From Chloroflexia bacterium (lineage in GTDB: Bacteria > Chloroflexota > Chloroflexia > QHBQ01 > JADMIH01), in assembly GCA_036386675.1 (NCBI GenBank), contig DASVVE010000063.1, positions 2,279 to 66,278 on the forward strand: a stretch of DNA of 64,000 bases. Direction: 5' to 3'. Position 1 is the stretch's first letter, and the number at the start of each line of letters is the position of its first letter. The translations under genes and the position numbers were made by a program. Of the stretch, positions 49,479 through 58,692 are shown piece after piece. The notes under the pieces are model-generated. The model was given only the letters and a program-made list of their open reading frames with translations. It was not told where the DNA came from and did no database searches.

Positions 49479-50363
49479 GTGGAAGTCGTGCGGCAAGCAA
49501 GGCAGGGCAGCATTGGTGGGGAGCGAAGCGGGACTGAAGTCACTTCGAAAGCCTTCTCTCAGTACGCGCCGTATTATGACGCGGAGCAACACGGCAATGT
49601 TATCGCCCGTTGGACCAGGGCAAGAAACCTGCACGTGCTGCGCGGCACATTTGGACCCGGCGAGAGGGTTCTGGAGATCGGCTGCGGCACCGGAGAGGAG
49701 GCCCTGTACCTGGCTGCCAGGGGTGTGGAAGTGCTTGCCACGGACCCCGCTGAAGGTATGATCGAAGTCGTCCGTGCGAAGGTGGCGGTCCCTACGTGGG
49801 ATGGGAAAAGCAGAGGAGCGGTAACCCCACAAGTTCTTGCTGCCCACGAGATAGCACGTCTCTTGACAGAATATGGCCGAGCATCATTCGCGGGCGCGTA
49901 TTCAAGCTTTGGGCCGCTGAATTGCGAGCCGGACCTACGGCCGGTCGTGTCCGCTCTGGCTGACCTCGTACAGCCGAGGGGCAAGGTAGTAATTTCGCTG
50001 CTCAACCGCTACTGCGCGTGGGAGACCCTCTGGCACCTGGTGAAGTTGCAGCCACAGACTGCCTTCAGACGCTGGGGAGGGTATGCAGAGGCTACAGTGC
50101 GCGCCCAATGGGGCGACCAGAGGATCCCGGTGTATTACTGGACTCCAGGCGCGGTGGAGCACTTGTTCTCACAGCACTTCGTGACGACCCGCCGCACGGC
50201 ACTTACATGGGCCATACCGCCACCTTATTTAGAACGGCTGGTAAAGGGCAGGGCCCGCTTGTTCCGGCGACTTGCCAGGGCAGAACTTAGGCTGGGGCAC
50301 CGCTGGCCCTTCAATGCTCTCGGCGATCATGTTATTCTGGAAATGGAGCGTAAGCCTAAATGA
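49479..50363 (+). CDS. Class I SAM-dependent methyltransferase
   Basis: 294 aa; motif I VLEIGCGTGEEALYLA, acidic motif II LATD. Confidence 0.7.
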   Translation: MEVVRQARQGSIGGERSGTEVTSKAFSQYAPYYDAEQHGNVIARWTRARNLHVLRGTFGPGERVLEIGCGTGEEALYLAARGVEVLATDPAEGMIEVVRAKVAVPTWDGKSRGAVTPQVLAAHEIARLLTEYGRASFAGAYSSFGPLNCEPDLRPVVSALADLVQPRGKVVISLLNRYCAWETLWHLVKLQPQTAFRRWGGYAEATVRAQWGDQRIPVYYWTPGAVEHLFSQHFVTTRRTALTWAIPPPYLERLVKGRARLFRRLARAELRLGHRWPFNALGDHVILEMERKPK

Positions 50364-50469
50364 ATGGTGTTCCTACTTCACGGCAGCATGAGAACTCAAT
50401 GACTTCCGAAGTGATATTTGCGCTGGGAAATTGCGTAAATAGCCAACTAGAATACAATTCCTCCCTATC

Positions 50470-51231
50470 TTGTTCTTGGCTAACAACCTTGGTACGTATA
50501 AATTGAGACTTCAGAGGCTTGTAGGAGCCAAGCGGTCGCCTTTCAGGAGGGTCGTTCGCCGCGCGGGGAAGTTGTGGCTCTCCTGGAGGTACCGTAGCTT
50601 CTCCCCTGATGCAGTCACGTCCCGTTACGTGAAAGTGGCGGGGCTGAGCCTGATACTAGAGCCGACCGTCTTCAACCCGAACCTGCACTTTACGAGCGAA
50701 TTCCTCGCGAGGTACCTGCGGCGTGAAGGCGTGATAGGCAGCACCAACCGGGTACTGGACATGGGCACGGGCAGCGGGCTACTTGCAATCAGCGCCGCGC
50801 TGGCGGGTGCCAGGCAGGTGACAGCCGTCGATTTGAACCCGGCGGCGGTGCTGGCCGCGCGTATGAACGTTTCGCTGTACGGCCTCGCAGGCAAGGTCAA
50901 CGTGGTGCATGGAGACATGTTCGATCCTGTGGCGGGAGAGTGCTTCGAGGTGGTCGTGTGCAACCCCCCGTACTTGAGAGGCGAACCTTCCTCCCGAGGG
51001 ACCTTAGCCTACATGGCCGGTGACGACTTCCAGTGGCTGCGGCGCTTCTCACAGTCCGCGGCTGATTACCTCATGCCTGGAGGCAGGTGCCTGCTCGTGC
51101 TGGCCGACAGCACCGACCTCTCTTCAGTGCTCAGGATTTTCAGCGATGGCGGCTGGAGCGTACGGCGCATGGCTATACGTGACTTAATAGTTGAGCGCCT
51201 GTTCATTGTGGAACTGCAAAAGCCCCGTTAG
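50470..51231 (+). CDS. HemK/PrmC-like (NPPY) methyltransferase, small-domain type
   Basis: 253 aa; VLDMGTGSGLLAI…CNPPY; N6-adenine / protein-Gln MTase family signature. Confidence 0.7.
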   Translation: MFLANNLGTYKLRLQRLVGAKRSPFRRVVRRAGKLWLSWRYRSFSPDAVTSRYVKVAGLSLILEPTVFNPNLHFTSEFLARYLRREGVIGSTNRVLDMGTGSGLLAISAALAGARQVTAVDLNPAAVLAARMNVSLYGLAGKVNVVHGDMFDPVAGECFEVVVCNPPYLRGEPSSRGTLAYMAGDDFQWLRRFSQSAADYLMPGGRCLLVLADSTDLSSVLRIFSDGGWSVRRMAIRDLIVERLFIVELQKPR

Positions 51232-51304
51232 GTGGCACTCTTCTTGCCGCTCACAGCGCCGGAACCCGCACAGCAAGGACCAACGTATAACTGGAGGAAG
51301 CTTC

Positions 51305-52684
51305 TTGGATTCGCAACCCACAAACAGTTCAACTTTTCCCCGTAACTTCGTTTGGGGAGCGGCCACAGCGGCCTACCAGATTGAGGGCGGCCCGAGGGCA
51401 GATGGCAAGGGCGAGAGCATCTGGGACCGCTTCTGCCGCATGCACGGCACGATTGCGAATGGTGACACCGGCGACGTGGCCTGCGACCATTACAGGCTGT
51501 GGCGGGAAGACGTGGCGCTGATGAAGGAGCTGGGCCTGGACGCTTATCGCTTCTCAATCTCGTGGCCCAGGGTGCTGCCGGAAGGCCGTGGCAAAGTCAA
51601 CGCGGCGGGGCTTGACTTCTACGACCGCCTCACCGACGCATTGTTGGAGGCCGGCATTGTGCCGTTCGTCACCCTCTACCATTGGGACCTGCCCCAGGCA
51701 TTGCAGGACAGGGGCGGTTGGGGTGCCCGCGACATTGCGCCCTACTTCGCCGCCTACACAACCGCTGTGGCCGAGAGATTGGGCGACCGGGTCAAGCACT
51801 GGATCACCCTCAACGAACCGTGGGTGACGGCCTTTGTGGGGCACCTGTGGGGCGAACATGCGCCCGGCATGCGCTCCCTCCGGCTCTCGTTCGCGGCGGC
51901 GCACAACACCCTGCGGGCGCACGGTATGGCTATGCAGGCGATAAGAGCTGCGGTGCCGGCCGGCAAGGCCGGAATCACCCTCAACCTGCATGCGGTGCAT
52001 CCCCATGGCGACAGCTCGGAAGATGACGAGGCTGCGCGGCTAGCAGACGCCTTTCATAACCGCTGGTTTCTAGACCCGATCTTCAATGGGCGCTACCCGG
52101 ACGACATATCACAGCTTCTAGGTGATGCCGGCCCTCCCATAGAGGAAGGCGACTTCGCTACCATCCAGCAGCCTGTGGATTTCCTGGGCGTCAACTACTA
52201 TACACGCAGCGTGGTGCGGCACCGGGACCGCAGCCAGTGGTTCAAGGACGGCAAGCTGCCCTTCGAGACGACCAAGCCCGATGGCCGGGAGTACACCGAT
52301 ATGGGTTGGGAGGTCTATCCCGACGGGTTACGGGAGCTGCTTGAGCGACTGCACCGGGACTACCCGGCAGAGGCGTACTACATCACCGAGAACGGCGCTG
52401 CGTTCCCCGACACAGTCACGGCGGAAGGCACCGTTCGTGACACCCGACGGCAAGCGTACCTGGAGAGCCACTTTGAGGCTGCCCGAATGGCAATTAGCGC
52501 TGGAGTGCCGCTGAAGGGCTACTTCGTCTGGTCGCTGCTCGACAACTTTGAGTGGGCGTTCGGATACTCCCGGCGGTTCGGCCTCATCTATGTGGACTAC
52601 AAGACACAGGACCGCATATGGAAGGACAGCGCCAGGTGGTACCAGCGCTGGCTAGCTTCACGGGTAGCGCCGGCAGGCAGGTAG
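51305..52684 (+). CDS. GH1 beta-glucosidase
   Basis: TTG start at 51305 with GGAGGA 7 nt upstream (ORF-track ATG 51191 would overlap the upstream gene by 40 nt); FVWGAATAAYQIEG, TLNEP (acid/base), YITENG (nucleophile). Confidence 0.85.
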   Translation: MDSQPTNSSTFPRNFVWGAATAAYQIEGGPRADGKGESIWDRFCRMHGTIANGDTGDVACDHYRLWREDVALMKELGLDAYRFSISWPRVLPEGRGKVNAAGLDFYDRLTDALLEAGIVPFVTLYHWDLPQALQDRGGWGARDIAPYFAAYTTAVAERLGDRVKHWITLNEPWVTAFVGHLWGEHAPGMRSLRLSFAAAHNTLRAHGMAMQAIRAAVPAGKAGITLNLHAVHPHGDSSEDDEAARLADAFHNRWFLDPIFNGRYPDDISQLLGDAGPPIEEGDFATIQQPVDFLGVNYYTRSVVRHRDRSQWFKDGKLPFETTKPDGREYTDMGWEVYPDGLRELLERLHRDYPAEAYYITENGAAFPDTVTAEGTVRDTRRQAYLESHFEAARMAISAGVPLKGYFVWSLLDNFEWAFGYSRRFGLIYVDYKTQDRIWKDSARWYQRWLASRVAPAGR

Positions 52685-52691
52685 TAAGCTG

Positions 52692-53012
52692 ATGCCCGAC
52701 TACGAGACGGCACGCCTGAAGATCGGGGCCATAGAGGCCGAGATGAAACGCATCGGTATGTGGAGCGCCCAGCCGCCACCACCTGAAGCCTTGAACTTTC
52801 GAGTGGCATTCGCGATGGACACCATGCCGTTCGTCCACTGGCTACAGTTTGTCTTCATACCCAGGGTGCAGGAGATAATCGCCACTGAGGGGGACTTCCC
52901 ACCCGGCAGTCAGGTTGGCGCGCAGGCAGTCCGCGAGTTCGACGGCATCAATGAGGCCAGCGGGCTGGTATCTCTGTTGAGCGACTTCGACCACTTTATA
53001 AGGTCCGGCTGA
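52692..53012 (+). CDS. YqcC-like protein (DUF446)
   Basis: 106 aa; FAMDTMPFVHWLQFVFIPRVQEII closely parallels the E. coli YqcC core FFMDTMEPLEWLQWVLIPRMHDLL (recalled from memory). Confidence 0.7.
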   Translation: MPDYETARLKIGAIEAEMKRIGMWSAQPPPPEALNFRVAFAMDTMPFVHWLQFVFIPRVQEIIATEGDFPPGSQVGAQAVREFDGINEASGLVSLLSDFDHFIRSG

Positions 53013-53358
53013 TTTCCGAGAGGAAAGCAAGAAGGTCGCCATTCAAGGAAGAGCCGGGTGCGCTGGACATCGTGCCGACCAGCACCTCAAAGGCTTCGGT
53101 GGTAGGTCCACAGGCGAGCAGGTCCAGGCAATTCTTCCGTAGCGAACGCAACACCTCACCCGACTCTATGCTGTCAGCCTCGGCTTGGGTAGCGTAGAGC
53201 ACGAGGACCAACACTTCGGCTCGCTCACAGTTCGTCAGTATGTAGGCTCCACGGGCCGTGCGTTCCACGTATGCGGGCATCACAAGATCGGCCGCCAGGG
53301 CCTTGACATCATCGAACCTGCCCGGAGCCGCCGTCAACCTGATAATAACTGCGTGCAT
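52996..53358 (-). CDS. Putative antibiotic-biosynthesis-monooxygenase (ABM)-like small protein
   Basis: 120 aa; ferredoxin-like beta-alpha-beta pattern; 17-nt 3' overlap with the convergent yqcC-like gene; weak. Confidence 0.45.
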   Translation of the reverse strand: MHAVIIRLTAAPGRFDDVKALAADLVMPAYVERTARGAYILTNCERAEVLVLVLYATQAEADSIESGEVLRSLRKNCLDLLACGPTTEAFEVLVGTMSSAPGSSLNGDLLAFLSEISRTL

Positions 53359-53745
53359 CAGAGACCCCCCTTCGAGGATTGTTGGTGCTCACTCTACTCT
53401 AGAACACTGCTCACTTTCCATGCCGTTCCATGGTCACTTGATGCTCAATGTGCGAGGCGGTGTGGAGCTCCTCAGTCTGTTCAGGTGGTAACGTCGCCTA
53501 TCCTTATGGCGCACGACGTATATGGTTATGGCACCCCCTCTTATAGGTGGTGCTGCGATGCTATACTACCACCCCTTTGGGTGTATGTAAATAGCGGAAT
53601 AATTAGTAATGAGAATGACTCTTCTCAGAACCTATGTAGGGGGTCGGGACCCATTTTCTAAAGCGAGTTCCGGGATATAGTATAATCTGTCTCGAAGCTC
53701 ACACTGTTGGCTATGCTCACTTAGTAGTTTCTGAGTCAAAGGCTC

Positions 53746-54735
53746 ATGGGGAAACGCGTGATGTCAAAGCCTAACTCGTCCAGACGCAGGTCCAATCCAA
53801 CAGATAAGACGATACCTGACGGACGCAACAACACCTCTGTTGCTCCATTTGCTGGAGGTTTTGTAGGTTTGGGACTTGGTATTCTGGGCAATTTGTTGGC
53901 TAGTTGGCTTGAACCTGCTATTCTGCAGGACGCCTTTTTACCCTGGAACTTGGTAGCTATTATTGCGCTAATTGTAATCGGTGTCGTCCTGGGAGTACGG
54001 GCGCAGGGTGGGAAATTCACTTGGTTCCTCAACCAAAACACATACTGGTCACTTCTGATCTTTGTTGGAGTTGCGTTGCTAGTTATTATTTTGCTCAGCG
54101 TGATAACCCGTAGGACGCCAGTTCTGTACTTCGTAATTGATACTACTGCTAAAATGCAGCCAATCTTCAATGATGTGCGTCGCGAGGTCCAATTATCAAC
54201 CAGTCTCGTTCCCCGCACTTTTAAGATTGGACTTCGAACCTATGGTGGAAGCGCTGACAATATTCCAAACTGCCAGGACACGGAGCAACTATTGCCCCTT
54301 CAGACTTATGACAACTTCAGTGCACGCATAGATAGTGTGCTTGCAAGGTTACAGCCCAGGGGCAATGGCTCTTTGACAGGGGCGGTGCTAGAGGCTATTT
54401 ACACAGATCTTGCGAACGAAAACAATCACATTCAGATGCTGGTCGTAACTTCTGGAACCGATCCGCTTTGCGATCCAACGGGTGGCGGAATATTGGAAAG
54501 GCGTGCAAAGGAGGTCAAGGACAATTTGGAGGTGATTATTATCAGTATTGGAGAGATAGACGCGAGCCGCAAACAGATCCTCAACAGCTACGCTGAAGCA
54601 TTTAACGGCAGGCATATAAATGTACCTACGGCGGCGTCATTGCATTCTATCGTGCAGAATGCCGCTTACTATGGATATGGCTATTACGGCGATGGTACAT
54701 TCCCTGGCGAGCCGGATGCAACACTGGTGCCGTAA
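53746..54735 (+). CDS. Membrane protein with 3 N-terminal TM helices and a degenerate vWA-like domain
   Basis: 329 aa; TMs at ~40–120; VLYFVIDTTAKM…GLRTYGG…VVTSGTD reminiscent of a vWA fold with a non-canonical MIDAS; Tyr/Gly-rich C-terminus; AT-rich codons. Confidence 0.55.
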   Translation: MGKRVMSKPNSSRRRSNPTDKTIPDGRNNTSVAPFAGGFVGLGLGILGNLLASWLEPAILQDAFLPWNLVAIIALIVIGVVLGVRAQGGKFTWFLNQNTYWSLLIFVGVALLVIILLSVITRRTPVLYFVIDTTAKMQPIFNDVRREVQLSTSLVPRTFKIGLRTYGGSADNIPNCQDTEQLLPLQTYDNFSARIDSVLARLQPRGNGSLTGAVLEAIYTDLANENNHIQMLVVTSGTDPLCDPTGGGILERRAKEVKDNLEVIIISIGEIDASRKQILNSYAEAFNGRHINVPTAASLHSIVQNAAYYGYGYYGDGTFPGEPDATLVP

Positions 54736-55915
54736 GTTGGTAGATAATCCTGCCCTTGGGCACAAGGTAAGTTCTGGGCTTTTTTCCTTGCTGACCTTAG
54801 TAATAGGTCTGGTTATTGGAGTATTAGTTCTCAACCCGCTTTGGGGAACACTCGCCCAGCCCAACTTATTTCCGGCAGCTATATTGCCTCCAATCACAGG
54901 CCCCATTGACGGCCTATTTTATATTCGTAATGCCGAGCTGGGTTATGCATGGAGCACCCGCGACCCACTTAGTCTTTGGTTCCACCCCCTGCTGTCTAGT
55001 TTCTTACAAGTACTGCCAGGTTGGCTGCCAAAGAATAGCTGGTTCTGGCTTATTAGCTTAGTGTTTGCGGCGGCTTGTTTGCCACTTATTTTTCGGTTGA
55101 CAGTTATTCTGACTGGGAATAGTAGCGTACAGCCGAAAATGATCCCCTTGTGCCTAGTGGCACCCGGTGGGCTGTCTCTAGCCACGGGTAATGCTGAAAT
55201 TCCTACATTGTTTTTCTCAACTTTACTACTGCTTTCAGTCCTCGCTTGGGAGAAGTGGTGGCTGACCGTAGTGTCCGCCGCGGCAGCTATCCTGACAAAG
55301 CCAAATGCTCTGTACATGGTGGCTGTATTGTTCATATATTTCCTTTTCGCAGTGGCAACAAGGAACCTGAAGCTGTGGAAACATTCACTGCTAGGGATGG
55401 CCGCGTTACTTGGGGGCTGGCTTATCTGGATCTGGATCGTTGATTGGCAGACAGGGCATCCTGGAGCCTACTGGGAAGCTCGCCTAGCTTTTAGCCCCTA
55501 TTCCGGTCCTGTAGATCTGCGGGGATTCTTTGAGCAATGGCTCAATGCGTTCCTCGTAGATGATTTGCGCAATCAAATTCGGTTCTCAACAGCTATCTTG
55601 ATACCGATGGTCAGCCTAATTGTAATTGGTCTCGTGCCATTTGCATCGGAACCCCACCGTTATGCTTTCGCAGCAGGTAATCTAGCCATGCTGATCATTA
55701 GTTTAGCTTTGGGCAACCCAAACAAAATATTGCTGTATGCAACAACATTACCCGGCTACTTTGTGACGCATTTAGTTCTGCTGGCATGGCTCATAAGCCA
55801 GCGTCGGCAGCAAAATATGGGTGCTCGTTGGCTCGTTGGCGCTTGTTATCTAGCTTATTGCGTCGGCATGCAGGTCGTTTACGTAATTGGAACGCCCTTG
55901 GGTTGGTACTTCTAG
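54620..55915 (+). CDS. Polytopic (≈12 TM) membrane protein, GT-C-like / unknown function
   Basis: Start uncertain: candidates are the ATG at 54716 or the TTG at 54737, immediately after the upstream stop at 54735. Uniformly hydrophobic with large extracytoplasmic loop 1; AT-rich codons. Confidence 0.5.
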   Translation: MYLRRRHCILSCRMPLTMDMAITAMVHSLASRMQHWCRKLVDNPALGHKVSSGLFSLLTLVIGLVIGVLVLNPLWGTLAQPNLFPAAILPPITGPIDGLFYIRNAELGYAWSTRDPLSLWFHPLLSSFLQVLPGWLPKNSWFWLISLVFAAACLPLIFRLTVILTGNSSVQPKMIPLCLVAPGGLSLATGNAEIPTLFFSTLLLLSVLAWEKWWLTVVSAAAAILTKPNALYMVAVLFIYFLFAVATRNLKLWKHSLLGMAALLGGWLIWIWIVDWQTGHPGAYWEARLAFSPYSGPVDLRGFFEQWLNAFLVDDLRNQIRFSTAILIPMVSLIVIGLVPFASEPHRYAFAAGNLAMLIISLALGNPNKILLYATTLPGYFVTHLVLLAWLISQRRQQNMGARWLVGACYLAYCVGMQVVYVIGTPLGWYF

Positions 55916-56032
55916 CACTTTGTACCAATAGATTAGGCGGACATGGAGCCAGAAAGAGCGCGGATTTCTGTTCATGACTCGAAGGCGAATAACACAGCAG
56001 ACATGTGGTGCATGTGCTAATCTACATGCACC

Positions 56033-57091
56033 ATGCGCATTGTTGACGATAGGTACAGAGAGGCTGGCCTCGGAAATGAGGACGTTGCAGGTCGAGACTC
56101 CGCCATAGTGCTGGCTCGTGCTGGAACTCATGTGACTACACTTGCCCTGCGACATCAACCTAGCGCTGACCAACACCCCGCCACGGTTTACCTTGCAAGG
56201 CTGGCCCCTGGCTCTCGGCGCACCATGTCCGAAGCCCTGAATGTAGTGGCAAGCATACTCACCACGAACCGCTACGACATGCAAAGCCTCGATTGGAGCG
56301 CCTTACGCTACCAGCACACTGCCGCCGTTCGCTCGGTGCTGGCCGACCTGTACGCACCCACTACCGCCAACAAGATGCTGGCCGCGTTGCGGGGGGTTCT
56401 TAGGGAGGCGTGGCGGCTAGGGCAGATGAGCGCCGAGGACTACCACCGCGCCGCCGACTTGCCTTCGGTGCGAGGCACAACGCCTCCCAGAGGCCGCGCA
56501 CTGGATGGAGACGAATTGGGGCAGCTATTCGCCCGCTGCGCCCTCGACAAGTCGCCTGCGGGGCTTAGGGACGCCGCTATGCTTGCAGTGCTGTATGGCT
56601 GCGGGCTGCGGCGTAGCGAGCTTGTGGCGCTGGACGTGAGCGACTACGTGACCAAGGACGGCGCGTTGCATGTAAGGTCGGGCAAGGGGAACAAGGCGCG
56701 CACCAACTACGCCACGGGCGGCGTGCGCAACGCTCTGGAAGCCTGGCTCAAGGCTCGTGGCAAGGCAGCGGGACCGCTATTCTGCCCGGTGAACAAGGCG
56801 GGGAAAATTACCTTCCGCAGGCTCACCGACCAGGCTGTACGCAAGATGCTGCTTAAGCGAGCCAAAGAAGCCGGAGTTGAGCACTTCTCTCCCCACGACC
56901 TGCGCCGTAGCATGATTGGCGACTTGCTCGACGCTGGGGCCGATATCTCTACGGTGCAGCGGCTGGCCGGGCACGCCAATGTCACCACAACGGCGCGCTA
57001 CGACAGGCGTGGAGAGGCGGCCAAGCGCAAAGCAGCCGAGTTGCTTAGCGTACCCGTCACACCTGCCCCTAACGACGCAGACACAGAATAG
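56033..57091 (+). CDS. Tyrosine site-specific recombinase (phage-integrase family)
   Basis: 352 aa; C-terminal catalytic region with R…HDLRRS…[16 protein letters not shown] (R-H-R-Y tetrad-type motifs) and an N-terminal SAM-like DNA-binding domain. Confidence 0.85.
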   Translation: MRIVDDRYREAGLGNEDVAGRDSAIVLARAGTHVTTLALRHQPSADQHPATVYLARLAPGSRRTMSEALNVVASILTTNRYDMQSLDWSALRYQHTAAVRSVLADLYAPTTANKMLAALRGVLREAWRLGQMSAEDYHRAADLPSVRGTTPPRGRALDGDELGQLFARCALDKSPAGLRDAAMLAVLYGCGLRRSELVALDVSDYVTKDGALHVRSGKGNKARTNYATGGVRNALEAWLKARGKAAGPLFCPVNKAGKITFRRLTDQAVRKMLLKRAKEAGVEHFSPHDLRRSMIGDLLDAGADISTVQRLAGHANVTTTARYDRRGEAAKRKAAELLSVPVTPAPNDADTE

Positions 57092-57116
57092 ACCCGCTGC
57101 TATAGGGGTCTATTCT
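57085..57116. other. Perfect 11-bp stem hairpin overlapping the integrase stop codon (candidate att core or U-less terminator)
   Basis: AGAATAGACCC–10 nt–GGGTCTATTCT; no following T-tract. Confidence 0.5.
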
Positions 57117-57138
57117 GAAGAATCCGACGGGCAAGCCG

Positions 57139-57561
57139 TCAGTCGTCAGCTTCCCCAGTACGTTCGGGGTTCTCGACCCCAAGTAGCCGGTTCCAGAGCT
57201 GGTAATCTACTTCGGTCTTCGGCACGTACCAATTCTCCGGCCCTGCCTCCATATCGCCCCACGCGGTAAGCTCCTCTGGGGCCTCCGAGCGCAGGTCGAT
57301 ATAGGTAGCGTTCTGCTCCAGCCTGCTGCCCACCGGTAGGACCGTGAGCTGCTTAAGCTCGTCGTCGGTGAACCCTTCCAGGCTATTGTGCAGGTCCTTA
57401 ATGTCGTAGGCGGTCCTCACGCCGTCCGCCTTCTCCGGGTGCAGTCCCTGCACGCCCTCATTTTGCCCGGCGTTGTCGTCCGGTCGCAGGTCCTGGTCCC
57501 AGTACCTGTCCTCCTCGCTGAAGCTTGCCGAACCACCACCTCCACCACCAGTCGCGCCCAT
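57139..57561 (-). CDS. Hypothetical acidic protein with Gly-rich N-terminus
   Basis: Start at the Met 57561 (SD GGGAGG, 5-nt spacer) rather than the ORF-track 57615; 140 aa; no recognised domain. Confidence 0.5.
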   Translation of the reverse strand: MGATGGGGGGSASFSEEDRYWDQDLRPDDNAGQNEGVQGLHPEKADGVRTAYDIKDLHNSLEGFTDDELKQLTVLPVGSRLEQNATYIDLRSEAPEELTAWGDMEAGPENWYVPKTEVDYQLWNRLLGVENPERTGEADD

Positions 57562-57562
57562 C

Positions 57563-57865
57563 TCAGCCTCCCTGTGTGCTTGGGCCAGCATTCGAGTCGC
57601 TGCCACTGCGTCCACTGCCGATATCCGAGTCCCGCGCCCTTACGCTGTCTTCGATTGAGGGTTTGTCGCGGGTGTCCTCGTTCCACTCGTTGCGTTGTTG
57701 CGCCGGTGGCCTGTCGGTGTCCTGCCCCTCGGCCGCCTGGCGAGCGTAGGTCTCCTGCTTCTTCGGAGTCCCGGTAGTAACGTCTACGCTCTTCGACGGA
57801 TTGTTAGGACCCTTGGACTGGTCCTTGTCGTCAGAGTCGTTATTGTGCTGTCCCTGCTTTGCCAT
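57563..57865 (-). CDS. Small highly hydrophilic disordered protein (stress-protein-like)
   Basis: 100 aa, about 50% D/E/K/R/Q/N/S, no hydrophobic core; GGAGGT upstream; ends 1 nt before the next start. Confidence 0.45.
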   Translation of the reverse strand: MAKQGQHNNDSDDKDQSKGPNNPSKSVDVTTGTPKKQETYARQAAEGQDTDRPPAQQRNEWNEDTRDKPSIEDSVRARDSDIGSGRSGSDSNAGPSTQGG

Positions 57866-57912
57866 AACCTCAAGTACCTCCGGTAGTTGGTGAGCTTGCC
57901 TTACTGGCCTTA

Positions 57913-58068
57913 CTAGCCTTTTGAGCTACCCTCGCTCGGCGGGCTGGCCCTGCGCTGGCTCTCCGAACCACCCTTGTGCTTGATCTTGCCCTCTTTCGGG
58001 TTGCGGTCCTCGCCCTGTCGCGGCGAGTCCATGCGGCTCACCTGCTCTTGTCCTTTCTTTACCATCAT
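57913..58068 (-). CDS. Small hydrophilic protein, KGG-repeat stress-protein-like (51 aa)
   Basis: Strong SD AAGGAG 4 nt before ATGATG; MMVKKGQEQ…KEGKIKHKGGSESQRR; the ORF-track's longer 94-aa version lacks an RBS. Confidence 0.5.
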   Translation of the reverse strand: MMVKKGQEQVSRMDSPRQGEDRNPKEGKIKHKGGSESQRRASPPSEGSSKG

Positions 58069-58302
58069 GAGGCTCCTTTCGCACGCACCTCGCCAGTCGC
58101 AACACCGGTCAATCTGGCCGCCGGCTCCCGACGAGTGGTGAGTTTGTCTACTGTTCAGACCAAGCAAGCAAGGGGTGTGCCAGTAGCCAAGTGACAATAC
58201 CTGCGCAGCCGTGGTGCAAAGTAAGACTTCCGAGGGTAGAATAGAGCGTGCCGAAGCGCAATCACAGGAATCATATGCCCGTGTAGTTGAAAGGCCTCAA
58301 CC

Positions 58303-58692
58303 ATGCTTATCGTGGACGTAAATGACTGCCCCGAGTTTGTCGCGGGCGACGAGACGCTACTCAGAGAGGTACTACACCCGTCAGTGAACGGCGCGCCCCT
58401 CCGTTACAGCATAGCCCAAGCGCTGCTACGGCCCGGAGGGCGCTCCCTGCCACACCGTCTGGTAGGATCGGAGGTATACTATATCTTGCAGGGCCGCGGA
58501 AGAATTTGTATAGACGACGAATCTAGCGAGGTCCGAGCCGGTCACGTGGTCTACGTGCCCCCAGGAGCCACGCAGTTCCTGGAGAACGGCGGTCGTGACG
58601 ATCTGGTCTTCTTGTGTATCGTAGACCCAGCCTGGAGTGCCGAGGACGAGGAAGTCGACGGCGAATCCCCGGTTAGACAGGATAGATCATGA
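58303..58692 (+). CDS. Cupin-domain protein
   Basis: 129 aa; cupin motif spacing (HRLVGSEVYYILQGRG…VYVPPGATQ). Confidence 0.7.
   Translation: MLIVDVNDCPEFVAGDETLLREVLHPSVNGAPLRYSIAQALLRPGGRSLPHRLVGSEVYYILQGRGRICIDDESSEVRAGHVVYVPPGATQFLENGGRDDLVFLCIVDPAWSAEDEEVDGESPVRQDRS

Larger units (their letters stand above)
53360..57120. mobile_element. AT-richer islet with terminal tyrosine recombinase (candidate integrated element)
   Basis: Visible drop in GC and change of codon usage from ~53.36 kb to the integrase end; 390-nt AT-rich non-coding leader; integrase at the right edge followed by a perfect hairpin. Confidence 0.4.

Noticed and set aside
53185-53661. 158-aa Cys/Trp-rich plus-strand ORF at the left edge of the AT-rich islet
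   Set aside because: Antisense to the ABM-like gene for half its length, with no RBS and odd composition. More likely non-coding leader.
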